Shown here: positions 9,918 through 19,627 of the stretch, in pieces | How the letters are laid out: the number at the start of each line of letters is the position of its first letter | How positions within the stretch are numbered: the first letter of the stretch is position 1 | Assembly: GCA_030603385.1 (NCBI GenBank) | Contig: JAUVXW010000028.1 | Location: 1 to 61,376, forward strand | Length of the DNA stretch: 61,376 nt | Reading direction: 5' to 3' | Origin: Promethearchaeota archaeon | GTDB lineage: Archaea; Asgardarchaeota; Lokiarchaeia; Sigyniarchaeales; SOKP01 | The notes under the pieces: generated by a model | What the model saw: only the letters and a program-made list of their open reading frames with translations | Told to the model about the DNA's origin: nothing | The model's database searches: none | Made by a program: the position numbers and the translations under genes

Positions 9918-11123
9918 ATGTCATTACCTTTAGAAGGGAAAGTTATATTAGATCTTTCGAGGATGTTGCCAGGTCCCTACTGTTCCATGATACTTAGTGA
10001 TCTTGGAGCAGACGTCATCCGCGTGGAAGATCCTAATTATCCTTATAGTAACCCTCCACCTTTTTTCCAAAAAGGCAAGTATAGGGAAAGTGCCTTTCAT
10101 TCCATTCTAATGAGGAATAAGAAATCTATTACACTTAACCTGAAAAAAGCTGAAGCAAGAGAGATTTTTTATGAATTGGTAAAGCAAGCAGATGTGGTTC
10201 TCGATACATTTCGACCAAAAGTAATGAATAAATTAAAAATTGATTATGATACTTTAGCTTCAATTAATCCATCGATTATATGTTGTTCCCTAACAGGATA
10301 TGGTCAATATGGCCCCTATGAACAAATTGCAGGTCATGACCTTAATTATATAGGAATATGTGGCATTTTAGATTTAAATAAGGAGAGAAAAATATTTGGA
10401 TCGGGAGATCAAATAATACCTCCTATAAATCCGGGTGTTCAAGCTGCTGACATTGGTGGGGCATTGGTTACAGCTATAGGAATATTAGGGGCAATTATTG
10501 AAAGAGAAAATAATCCTAAAAAAAAAGGGCAATACATAGATATTTCAATGACAGATTCAGTCTTCTCATTTATCCCATTAGTTTCAGCTTACCATTTCGC
10601 TGAAGATCTAAGCGAAGGAATAAACATTTTACACGGAGATTTTCCATTTTACGCGATCTATAAAACTAAAGATGACAAATTTTTATCAGTTGGAATTATA
10701 GAAGTAAAGTTCTGGAGAGAATTTTGTAAAGGATTGGGGCGGGATGATTTAATACCAAAACAATTTGAACAGGGAATAAAAAGAGAAGGAGTATTTGACG
10801 AAATTCAAAAAGAGTTCTTAAAGAAAACACAAAGAGAATGGATGGATATATTTATAAGTCTCGATGCTTGTGTTATGCCCGTTAAATCTTTTAGAGAAGC
10901 TTGCGAAGATCCTCAAATAAAAGCACGTAATATGGTGGTAGAGATGGATCATCCTAAACTTGGGAAAATTCAAAATGTAGCTTCACCAATTAAATATTCC
11001 CGAACACCACTCAAAATAAGAAGTTTTGCTCCTAAAATAGGTCAAAACACGAAGGAAGTTTTAAGAAGTCTGGGTTATTCGGATGATAAAATTCGAGACC
11101 TTAAAAAAAAAGGGATAATGTAA
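9918..11123 (+). CDS. CoA-transferase family III (CaiB/BaiF, AMACR-like)
   Basis: DLSRMLPGPYC, LGADVIRVE, RNKKSITLNLK, GHDLNY, APKIGQNT. Confidence 0.92.
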   Translation: MSLPLEGKVILDLSRMLPGPYCSMILSDLGADVIRVEDPNYPYSNPPPFFQKGKYRESAFHSILMRNKKSITLNLKKAEAREIFYELVKQADVVLDTFRPKVMNKLKIDYDTLASINPSIICCSLTGYGQYGPYEQIAGHDLNYIGICGILDLNKERKIFGSGDQIIPPINPGVQAADIGGALVTAIGILGAIIERENNPKKKGQYIDISMTDSVFSFIPLVSAYHFAEDLSEGINILHGDFPFYAIYKTKDDKFLSVGIIEVKFWREFCKGLGRDDLIPKQFEQGIKREGVFDEIQKEFLKKTQREWMDIFISLDACVMPVKSFREACEDPQIKARNMVVEMDHPKLGKIQNVASPIKYSRTPLKIRSFAPKIGQNTKEVLRSLGYSDDKIRDLKKKGIM

Positions 11124-11130
11124 GTTTTAA

Positions 11131-11523
11131 TTAAAGTATTTGGAATTCCACAAGTATTATTAATGTCGTAATCAAAAGAGAAATGATTGTAAATACAATT
11201 AACATAATAAACATTGGCCAATCTTTTAACTGACCATAAAAGCCAGCTGCATTTATTGTAGAATAAATCACCATTCCAATAGATATATAAAATATTGCCA
11301 TCCCCCAAGGTTGGTTAGCAAATAATCCAAATCCTCCAATTAAAAGCATGACCGCTGTTATAAATTCAGCAATTAGATGAAAAGATATTTGAGTTGGTTT
11401 AGTGGTAAGGTCTGGGACTTCTCTCTTTCCTAATAGAAAAATCCACATACATAACATTGCAATTCCTATTATAATGGTATAAATTGATGCTATTATTTCT
11501 ATAACTATTATTTTCACCTTCAA
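11131..11523 (-). CDS. Small 4-TM membrane protein
   Basis: Four hydrophobic segments, FHLIAE motif. Confidence 0.7.
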   Translation of the reverse strand: MKVKIIVIEIIASIYTIIIGIAMLCMWIFLLGKREVPDLTTKPTQISFHLIAEFITAVMLLIGGFGLFANQPWGMAIFYISIGMVIYSTINAAGFYGQLKDWPMFIMLIVFTIISLLITTLIILVEFQIL

Positions 11524-11764
11524 AGATTTAATACCATGAAATTTATTAGTCGTGATATTTAATTAAATTTTTTCAAATAAAGTCTCATAAATACCACTTT
11601 AGATTTTTTCTTTAGAAAAGGTAAAAATCAATTTGATAGCATATGTCATTTGTTTTATCTAATTTTATATGTATTGTTTTGAGAAAAATCCTAGCTTCTT
11701 AAAACTAAAAGAAAATTAAAATGCATAATAATAAAAGGTAATTTATATTTTAGAAAAAAAAGCA

Positions 11765-12262
11765 ATGTCTATAGATTTAAAGTTATATGATGCTATTAAA
11801 GACTCAGGAATAAATCTAATTCTTTCATTACCATGCATCATGCTTAAGGGTTTATTGCAACTTATCGAAGAAAAAAACGAAATTCAACATATTTCGATTA
11901 CAAGAGAAGAAGAAGGTGTAGGGATAGCTGCGGGTGCATATTTAGGTGGTAAAACTCCCGCAATTTTAATGCAAAATTCGGGTTTAGGCAATTCAGTCAA
12001 TGCTATAAAGTCGCTTTTACAATTATTTAAAATTCCTGTTATTTTTATAATGAGTCACAGAGGTGCTGAAGGAGAAAAAATTTTGGCTCAAATTCCTATG
12101 GGACAACTAACACCCGATTTACTAGATTTATTAAAAATAGAAAAATTTATTATAGATTCGAAAGAAAAAATTAAGATTATAAAGAATACTGTTGAACAAA
12201 GTAAATCATCAGAAATTTCAGCAGGAATTCTTTTAAAAAAGTCTTTATGGGGTGTTAGATGA
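11765..12262 (+). CDS. comD: Sulfopyruvate decarboxylase subunit alpha
   Basis: SLPC, TREEEGVGIAAGAYLGG, MQNSGLGN, SHRG, QIPMG. Confidence 0.88.
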   Translation: MSIDLKLYDAIKDSGINLILSLPCIMLKGLLQLIEEKNEIQHISITREEEGVGIAAGAYLGGKTPAILMQNSGLGNSVNAIKSLLQLFKIPVIFIMSHRGAEGEKILAQIPMGQLTPDLLDLLKIEKFIIDSKEKIKIIKNTVEQSKSSEISAGILLKKSLWGVR

Positions 12263-12813
12263 AGAGATTTGATGCTATAAAGAGAATTGTTGAATCACTA
12301 AGTAATGAACTTATAATATGTAACATTGGTGCTCCTTCAAGAGAATTATATAATATCAAAGACAGAGCGGAGAATTTCTACATGTTAGGATCCATGGGGC
12401 TAGCCTCATCTATAGCGTTTGGGCTTGCTCTCTCGAGACCTAGAAAAAAGGTTTGGTGTATTGATGGAGATGGGTCGTTACTAATGAATCTAGGTAGCTT
12501 AAGCACCATAGCAAATAACCAACCAAAAAATCTAACTTTAATTGTTATTGATAATGGTTCCTATGGATCAACAGGTAATCAAAAAACTTATACAAGTAAA
12601 AAAACCAAATTAGAAACTATAGCTAAAGGTGCGGGATTTGAATCGATTACAGTTATTAACAATGAAGAAGATATTATTCCAATATTGAAAGGATTAGAAA
12701 TGGGGTGCCATTTTATAAAGATTAATACACTGCCTGGAAATGCTCAAGTAGAAAATATACCATTAAAACCAGAAGAAATTAAAAATAGATTTATTGATTC
12801 TATTTCAAGATAA
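12259..12813 (+). CDS. comE: Sulfopyruvate decarboxylase subunit beta
   Basis: NFYMLGSMGLASS, TPP motif DGDGSLLMN...DNGSYGSTG; ATGA overlap with comD. Confidence 0.88.
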   Translation: MKRFDAIKRIVESLSNELIICNIGAPSRELYNIKDRAENFYMLGSMGLASSIAFGLALSRPRKKVWCIDGDGSLLMNLGSLSTIANNQPKNLTLIVIDNGSYGSTGNQKTYTSKKTKLETIAKGAGFESITVINNEEDIIPILKGLEMGCHFIKINTLPGNAQVENIPLKPEEIKNRFIDSISR

Positions 12814-12946
12814 TTATTAAATTAAAATTGTTTCTTAATAGAATCTAATATTAATTCTAATTATACATAATTTTAATTAAGTACAGACTTATTATTTTTT
12901 TAAAATAACATTATAATTATATAAGCTAAAATATAGATAATCTAAA

Positions 12947-14548
12947 ATGTCGGAAGAATCTAGAAATCCAATTGATAACGAGGAGTTAAAAAAGGATAAT
13001 GTAAAAAATGAATCTGAAGATCAAAAACCTTTAGTGGAAAAGCAAGAAGCTCAAATTGGAAAACCTATTTTGATAAGAGCAGAAGCATATAAGACAATTA
13101 TTTTGTACGCAAGTAGATACTCCAACAGATCAATTCCCCCTGAGTATTGGAAGGAGATTTATGGGATTTTAATAGGACATTCTGATGATGATCTTGTATA
13201 TATTGAACGAGCAGAAGCATTAACATTTGGACATGCCACGGATGTTCAATTAGATGAAAGACATTATGCATTTATAGCAGACATTCAAGAAAAATTAGAT
13301 GAAGAAAAGAAGGGGTATTATATGATAGGATGGTTCCATTCTCATCCGGGATTAGGACTTTTCTTTTCTTATATTGATCTTATCAATCAGTTAGGATTCC
13401 AAGCGAAAAATGATGATTTCTGTGGTTTAGTATTTGACCATACACTTTTAGGAAAAAAGAAACAAGAAAAAGTAGAGGGTACTGATTATACAATAACTAA
13501 ATATGAAACTGGGTTTGAGATTTACCGAATATCAGATGTGAATATGGACACCAATGATGCAGGGTATGATAATAATTATCATAGAGTCGAATATATTATA
13601 GATGGATTAAACAAATATTTCTTTGCTAATGCCCTATCAGAATTGTCCGCATTAGTTTCTGAAGGAAAACCTTTACAATCAGCCTATGGAGAGGAATATA
13701 GAAAAGAAGACACTAGTTTAGTCAATTCTACAGCGAAATCTCAAATAACTGAAAGAGTCTCCCCCTTTGACTCTAACATTGGTAGTAACTCAAATGAAAG
13801 TTTTTTAACAGAAATCCCAATGGATGAAGATATTTCATTTAATGTAGATGATTTTTCTCATAAAGATGAGAAAAGAAATAAAGAAATAAAATTAAAAGAA
13901 AATGCTGAACAATTGATTTATGAGGGGAACCAGGCATTCAATAATAAAGACGCATTTACCGGGATAGAAAAATTTAGACAAGGAATTAATCATTACAAAG
14001 AAATAAAAATTTTTGATAAAGTAATGGATTTATTAAGAACTGTATCGCAAAAGTGTATTGCTAATGATCATTTAATTTTTGCCGGAGAATTTGCTGAAGA
14101 TCTTTTCAAACTCTCAAAAAAACACAAAAACCTTTTCTATAGAGGAGTAGCAAATTATATTTTAGGATATATACTCCTAAAGAAAGTTGAAAATGATGTT
14201 TTAGAGGAGGGTTTAAATAAAATTCAAGATGCCGCGGTAGATTTTGAAAATGAAGGTGATTATGCCGGGGCAGGAATGTGTTTTAATAAGATTGGCAACA
14301 TTTATCAATCAAGGTTAAATATATTAGAAAATGCTTGTCTATTTTATAGAGCTGCAATTGAAAATTATAATAAGGCAATTCTAAAAATGCATCCTTTAAG
14401 AACATCATTTTGGAACAAACCAGAACTACTTATACAAAAAATTATAGAACTACGAGATATTGCTGAAGAATTATTACCTAATCTTGATAATATTGAAATA
14501 AAAAATAAGATCATCAACGATCTCAGAAATTTACAATATAATTTTTAA
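12947..14548 (+). CDS. JAMM/MPN+ metalloprotease (Rpn11/CSN5-like) with C-terminal TPR/SNAP-like helical repeats
   Basis: KEIYGILIG ... GWFHSHPGLGLFFSYID is a complete E...HxHx7Sx2D motif; acidic linker followed by TPR-like helices. Confidence 0.85.
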   Translation: MSEESRNPIDNEELKKDNVKNESEDQKPLVEKQEAQIGKPILIRAEAYKTIILYASRYSNRSIPPEYWKEIYGILIGHSDDDLVYIERAEALTFGHATDVQLDERHYAFIADIQEKLDEEKKGYYMIGWFHSHPGLGLFFSYIDLINQLGFQAKNDDFCGLVFDHTLLGKKKQEKVEGTDYTITKYETGFEIYRISDVNMDTNDAGYDNNYHRVEYIIDGLNKYFFANALSELSALVSEGKPLQSAYGEEYRKEDTSLVNSTAKSQITERVSPFDSNIGSNSNESFLTEIPMDEDISFNVDDFSHKDEKRNKEIKLKENAEQLIYEGNQAFNNKDAFTGIEKFRQGINHYKEIKIFDKVMDLLRTVSQKCIANDHLIFAGEFAEDLFKLSKKHKNLFYRGVANYILGYILLKKVENDVLEEGLNKIQDAAVDFENEGDYAGAGMCFNKIGNIYQSRLNILENACLFYRAAIENYNKAILKMHPLRTSFWNKPELLIQKIIELRDIAEELLPNLDNIEIKNKIINDLRNLQYNF

Positions 14549-14631
14549 TTTATATAATTAAACCTAATTGAAATTCATAAAAATTATATTTTAGGTTTCA
14601 TTATTTTATATACTTCTTTTGGTGATTAATA

Positions 14632-15318
14632 ATCCCTAGACGGAAACAGAAAGTTAATTATACAAGAAAAATTGTTTGTAAACATCTTGAACCTAAAGGT
14701 GATATTAGTAATAGCCTACAATCTTTAGTTTATTGTCCTTCAAGAGATTTAGTTTTAGGAACACGCGCTTACGTATGTCAAGTTTGTGACTTGTATGATC
14801 CTGTTAAAAATAACCGCAGATTTTCAGATGTGTATGAAGAGAGTAAAAATATTGCTGAAAAGAAAATTAAAGAGAAACAAATAAAATTAGAAGAGTTTGA
14901 ACTTGCCGCAATAAAAGGAGATGATGAAATTGATTTATCAATTGATGAATTTGAGGAAGAAAATGAGAAAGTTCCGTTAAAATTTGAAAAAAGAAAAGCA
15001 GGCAAAGCAGATTTGGAGGATTCTGAAGAATTTGCTGAAGTAGAATGCCCATTTTGTGGTGAAATGTTTGACGATCTTGCATCACACATTCAGAATTGTG
15101 AATTCGCGCCCGATGACGTTAATATTACTGATATAATGCCTGCAAAAAAGAAAAAAAGAAAAAAACCTAGTGGAAAACCTGGAACTCCCAAAAAAGCTAC
15201 TGCAGAGAAGCAAAAATGCCCATATTGCGGAAAAGAATTCATTAGACTTGGTAGACATTTAAATTCTTGTCCAAAGAGACCTACTGACGTAGATGATGAT
15301 GAAAATAAAGATGAGTAA
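14632..15318 (+). CDS. Multi-zinc-finger protein (N-terminal Cys4 region plus two C2HC fingers); probable ATC/ATA start
   Basis: Frame is open 53 codons upstream of the track start (IPRRKQK...CKH...YCP...CQVCDLY); GGTGA at 14621-14625; fingers CPFC-x9-H-x3-C and CPYC-x9-H-x3-C. Confidence 0.75.
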   Translation: MPRRKQKVNYTRKIVCKHLEPKGDISNSLQSLVYCPSRDLVLGTRAYVCQVCDLYDPVKNNRRFSDVYEESKNIAEKKIKEKQIKLEEFELAAIKGDDEIDLSIDEFEEENEKVPLKFEKRKAGKADLEDSEEFAEVECPFCGEMFDDLASHIQNCEFAPDDVNITDIMPAKKKKRKKPSGKPGTPKKATAEKQKCPYCGKEFIRLGRHLNSCPKRPTDVDDDENKDE

Positions 15319-15372
15319 AGACTTTTTAATGAAATTCTAAGTAATAAACAAGTTCCTGGCTATATAACTGAT

Positions 15373-16122
15373 TCAAAAGGACACTTTTTTAAAATAAACT
15401 TCTTGAGTATCTGAAATATAGTTCTTTATTGGGCTTTTAGGCTGTTTCATAATCAAGTTTATGAAATCAACTAATCTATCCTGATTTATTGCCATTCTAT
15501 TAGAGAGAGTAGAAACTGAGACTTTATCATATTCTTTAGAAAATTCTGATAATTTAGAGTTTAGCAAATTTTGATAGACTAACGAAATTAACAATTTTAA
15601 ATTTGGAAAATTTTCAGGTTTTATGTCTTTGACAAATTCAAAAATCTTTTCAGAAGCATTATGATAATTTAATACTTTATAACAGCTTAGAATCTCATAT
15701 AATTTTTTTATATATCTGAAATACTTAGTTATATTATCACTAATATCTTCTAGATTACATTTATCAAAATTTTGATCTACTTCACTCTTTAGCATAGCTA
15801 AAAGCTTTGAAAAATCCTCAAGATTAGACTCGTTAAGCTTTTCCCTCAAAAGATTATTGAAACGACGTTCATATATCATTCTATGTTTTGATAATTCGTT
15901 GTGAACTTGTTTGTTCAGTTCATAAAAATCAAGTAGCTCTTTCTTAAGATTAAAAATATTTTTGTGTTCCTCAAGTAATACTAATGCAGATCGTACTTTT
16001 TCCAAAGCTGAATTATAATCTCCAATTTTTACTTTTTTTAGAATAATAGATTTATAAAAATTGAGCTCTTCAATAAGGTCTCTTTTATTCTTGAAACTCT
16101 CGAGATTATAATTGAAATTCAT
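15373..16122 (-). CDS. Helical protein with C-terminal PCI-like winged-helix domain
   Basis: LSEFSKEYDKVSVSTLSNRMAINQDRLVDFINLIM...YISDTQEVYF resembles the PCI consensus (skpYssisl.la..l.....ve..l..lI......Id.....v.F). Confidence 0.6.
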   Translation of the reverse strand: MNFNYNLESFKNKRDLIEELNFYKSIILKKVKIGDYNSALEKVRSALVLLEEHKNIFNLKKELLDFYELNKQVHNELSKHRMIYERRFNNLLREKLNESNLEDFSKLLAMLKSEVDQNFDKCNLEDISDNITKYFRYIKKLYEILSCYKVLNYHNASEKIFEFVKDIKPENFPNLKLLISLVYQNLLNSKLSEFSKEYDKVSVSTLSNRMAINQDRLVDFINLIMKQPKSPIKNYISDTQEVYFKKVSF

Positions 16123-16285
16123 ATTTTATATAGATAAAAATGAAAATACATATTCTTATTACATATTAAATAGATCAATTACACATTTAAACTTACTACT
16201 ATTTAATTAATAATTTCTCTAAAAAAATTATCAGATTTCCTTTAAAAATTAAAAAGAATAAGAAAAAAATTTCCTCTTTTTTTAG

Positions 16286-17440
16286 TTAAACTCCTTTTCG
16301 TAATAAATGATTAGCGATTACCATTCTTTGAATTTCACTTGTTCCCTCGTAAATCTCACCCATCTTTGCATCTCTGAAATATCTTTCTACAGGATATGCT
16401 TTCATTAAACCGTATCCTCCATGTATTTGAACAGCACTATGAGCTGCTTGCATTGCCGCCTCAGATGCTACCAATTTTGCCATTGAACTAACATGTCCGT
16501 AGTCCATTTGATTATCATACATATAAGCGGCTTTATATGTGAAATATCGCCCCGCTTCCACAGCACATGCCATATCTGCGATTTTCCATTGAATCGCTTG
16601 AAATCTTCCAATTGGTTTTCCAAATTGCACTCTTTCATTTGCATATTTAATTGAGGCTTCTAACGATGCTTGTCCTAAACCTACAGATTGAGCAGCAATA
16701 CCAATTCTTCCATATCCTAGGATTTGCATTGCAAGCTTAAATCCGTCTCCAATTCCCCCTAAAATATTCTCCTGCGGTATTCGAACATCTTCAAATACAA
16801 GCTCAGATGTATTAGAGCCGCGAACCCCTAATTTATTTTCTTTTGCACCTACAGAATAACCGGGAGTATCAGTATCAACAATAAAAACAGTTAGCTGTTT
16901 TCTACCCTCTTTTTCACCAGTTTTAGCTATTACGAGTAGTGTATTTGCGATACCACCATTGGTTGCAAAAATTTTAGTTCCATTGAGTATATATTCATTA
17001 CCATCTTTTTCTGCTGCTAATTGCACTCCTCCCGCATCTGAACCTGCGTCTGCTTCTGTTAAACAAAAGGCTCCTATTTTGTCACCTTTAGCAAGATCTA
17101 TTACAAATTTTTGTTTTTGTTCTTCAGTTCCAAATTTATAGATAGGATAAGTAGCAAGGCTATTATGAACCGCAATAGAAAGCCCCCAAGCCGCATCGGC
17201 ACGCCCAATTTCCTCAACAACAATACAATAGGCAATGCTATCATCATGAAGTCCAGCTCCTCCGAACTCTTCGGGAATACATGCCCCAAAGTATTTCATT
17301 TCTTTCATTTTTTGTAAAACAGTTTCGTCCAATTCCTGTTTTTCGTCACTTTCTTTTGCTACAGGTACAATATATGCCTCAGCAAATTCTCTTGTAATTT
17401 TTTTCAACATTTGTTGTTTTTCAGTTAAAGAAAAATCCAT
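16286..17440 (-). CDS. Acyl-CoA dehydrogenase (short-chain/butyryl-CoA type)
   Basis: FCLTEADAGSDA, LNGTKIF, KLGVRGS, RVQFGKPI, QIHGGYG, IYEGTSEIQR. Confidence 0.95.
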   Translation of the reverse strand: MDFSLTEKQQMLKKITREFAEAYIVPVAKESDEKQELDETVLQKMKEMKYFGACIPEEFGGAGLHDDSIAYCIVVEEIGRADAAWGLSIAVHNSLATYPIYKFGTEEQKQKFVIDLAKGDKIGAFCLTEADAGSDAGGVQLAAEKDGNEYILNGTKIFATNGGIANTLLVIAKTGEKEGRKQLTVFIVDTDTPGYSVGAKENKLGVRGSNTSELVFEDVRIPQENILGGIGDGFKLAMQILGYGRIGIAAQSVGLGQASLEASIKYANERVQFGKPIGRFQAIQWKIADMACAVEAGRYFTYKAAYMYDNQMDYGHVSSMAKLVASEAAMQAAHSAVQIHGGYGLMKAYPVERYFRDAKMGEIYEGTSEIQRMVIANHLLRKGV

Positions 17441-17792
17441 AATAAATTCAACATTTTTTTTTTCTGTTTTTTTAATAACTATATTTAAAAAATAGTCTAT
17501 TTGGAAAAATTAGTTATTTATCTTAATTATATTTTATTAAATTAAAGGAGGATATTTGGCAAGTTAATTTTACATTAATTTATGCTATATTAGTCGTTGG
17601 AAATACTGAAGTTTCACCAGTCATCAAAGGTAATATACTAATAACTAGTTCATAAAAGCACAATCTAAAAGAATTCATAGATAAAGGAGAAATTGATGAT
17701 CAAGGGGGAATAATAGCAAAAAATCTAGAGAAAAAAGTTAGATAATTACTTTTAAAGTTAAAAAAAATAAAATTTAAGGAAGAAATATTAAT

Positions 17793-18194
17793 TTATATTT
17801 GACGAGTCCCACATAATGGACAGATTTCTGAATCACCAACTGGATTTCCGCAATCCTTGCATCTCTTAATTTCATCAACTATATCCTCGTCCTCGGAGAC
17901 GTCAATTTTATCTTCATATTCCTCAATTTTTCCTACTCCTTTTGAGAAGATAGATCCTGGTCTGTCCCCGGGCCAAAGTATATTGATAACTATGCCGGAG
18001 ACTACTAGAATGGCACAAATAACAATATAAAAGGTTAAACTCGTACCGAAATTTTCTTTAAAGAACTGTGTTGTATCCGTAATCCAATCAACCATCCACT
18101 GTCCTATGGGAACCACCAATGGTTTTAAAAAAATGAGAATAGAACCAACTATATCTGCTAATACTTCCAAAAAATCCATTGTTTGAAATATCAT
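17793..18194 (-). CDS. Membrane protein with C-terminal zinc ribbon
   Basis: TM segments plus CKDCG...CPLCG. Confidence 0.7.
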   Translation of the reverse strand: MIFQTMDFLEVLADIVGSILIFLKPLVVPIGQWMVDWITDTTQFFKENFGTSLTFYIVICAILVVSGIVINILWPGDRPGSIFSKGVGKIEEYEDKIDVSEDEDIVDEIKRCKDCGNPVGDSEICPLCGTRQI

Positions 18195-18213
18195 TTTTCT
18201 TATTCCACCTCTT

Positions 18214-18687
18214 TTACTCTTTCATCCGGTTTTCTCGGATTTTCTCTCTATTAATTGTAAAATCAATAACATCATACACTTTAAGTACAATTGTTAAAAA
18301 GTAGATCCCCATATATGTCAAAAGCATCTGTGAAATGTCCAAAGAAAAAAATCCAAAATCTAAGATAATGAATGTTATTTCAGCAGCACCAGAGAATCTA
18401 TAACTCCAGAGATATAAACAATTTACAATAACTTGAATGAAAGCAAAAACCCCTTTTCTAATTGATTTTTTTGGAGAAGAATATTTGAAAAACGCCAATC
18501 CACTTACTAATAATCCAAAAGCAGTTAGCCAAAAAGTTATATTTTGTTGATCTTGTTTTTCCCATTTTAAAGGTAAACCTTCAATGCTAAAGATTAATGT
18601 AAAAAGTATTAATGGAATAACAATAGTAAATAAAACGTAAACTCCAGTAAATAAAAAACCTCTTACCATATTTTTAACAGCACCCAT
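18214..18687 (-). CDS. Hypothetical 4-TM membrane protein
   Basis: Four hydrophobic segments; GGAGG RBS upstream; co-oriented with both neighbours. Confidence 0.7.
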   Translation of the reverse strand: MGAVKNMVRGFLFTGVYVLFTIVIPLILFTLIFSIEGLPLKWEKQDQQNITFWLTAFGLLVSGLAFFKYSSPKKSIRKGVFAFIQVIVNCLYLWSYRFSGAAEITFIILDFGFFSLDISQMLLTYMGIYFLTIVLKVYDVIDFTINREKIRENRMKE

Positions 18688-18699
18688 CCTGATAACCTC

Positions 18700-19278
18700 C
18701 TAAAAAGGGCTAGAATCCCCTACGAATAGATTGAGAATTGTAATTGAAAGAGAATGCATTCCTATTGAATAGTCTAAACTAACTGTAAAATTTGCATAAA
18801 ACTCTAATGCAGGAGGTCCCCTTAACCAGTTAATCTCTGTTGTGGGATGTGGAAAATTTTCATGAAGAAAACTGCTATTCTCACCAAAAAAGACGAAGTT
18901 TCCAATTACACCTTTAGGGATGTCAACAAAATTCTGAGTTTTATCAAGTATCTTAACAACCCTAGTGTCATTCATCATTCCATCAATGTGACTATAATTT
19001 AAGAATAATTGAATGCCTATTTCAAGGTTTTCTAAATCAAAATAACCCGTGTTATTAAGTTTAAACGGTAAAGAGAAATTAATATTTTCAATTTCAAGCG
19101 TAGAATTGTTTATGTCTAGATTAAATTCTGCGTTATCAGTGTCTACTTGAATATTATCTGTATTTGATAATATCAAAACTGCAGATAATCCACCCAAAAT
19201 TGAAACCATAGTTACCGATAATGTCAATAAAGAAATAAAAATACGAAATAATAGTCTAAAAACACGCGACGGTCTCAT
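18700..19278 (-). CDS. Membrane-anchored beta-rich protein (possibly LEA14/WHy-like Ig fold)
   Basis: N-terminal TM, LPFKLNNTGYFDLENL motif, several N-x-S/T sequons. Confidence 0.6.
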   Translation of the reverse strand: MRPSRVFRLLFRIFISLLTLSVTMVSILGGLSAVLILSNTDNIQVDTDNAEFNLDINNSTLEIENINFSLPFKLNNTGYFDLENLEIGIQLFLNYSHIDGMMNDTRVVKILDKTQNFVDIPKGVIGNFVFFGENSSFLHENFPHPTTEINWLRGPPALEFYANFTVSLDYSIGMHSLSITILNLFVGDSSPF

Positions 19279-19627
19279 ATTAATCGAATTTAGATGTTTT
19301 TTGTATTATTTTTAATAAATTTATTAAATTAACTATAGGATATTTATAAATTTTACATTTTTAATTCTTAAGGTATTTAAATTTTAACAAAATGTCAAAG
19401 AGGTTAACAGAAGTTCTGATTTTCAAATTTTTTTTAAGTCCTTTAAGCTTTTTTAGAGTAAATTCTAAGATATGTTTTCATGAGTCATAAGAATCAGATT
19501 GATTATATTTAAGGATTTCTTTTACTAAAGCCTATAAGAGAATTTAAATTTATTAAATCAAATAATGAGTTTATATGTATATATTTCTTTTATTAAAAAC
19601 ATCTAAATAAAAATTAAAATTTGTGTA

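Noticed and set aside
17545-17745. Possible gene remnant (YAILVVGNTEVSPVIKG...*KHNLKEFIDKGE...) after a GGAGG
   Set aside because: Short, interrupted by stops and with no recognisable family
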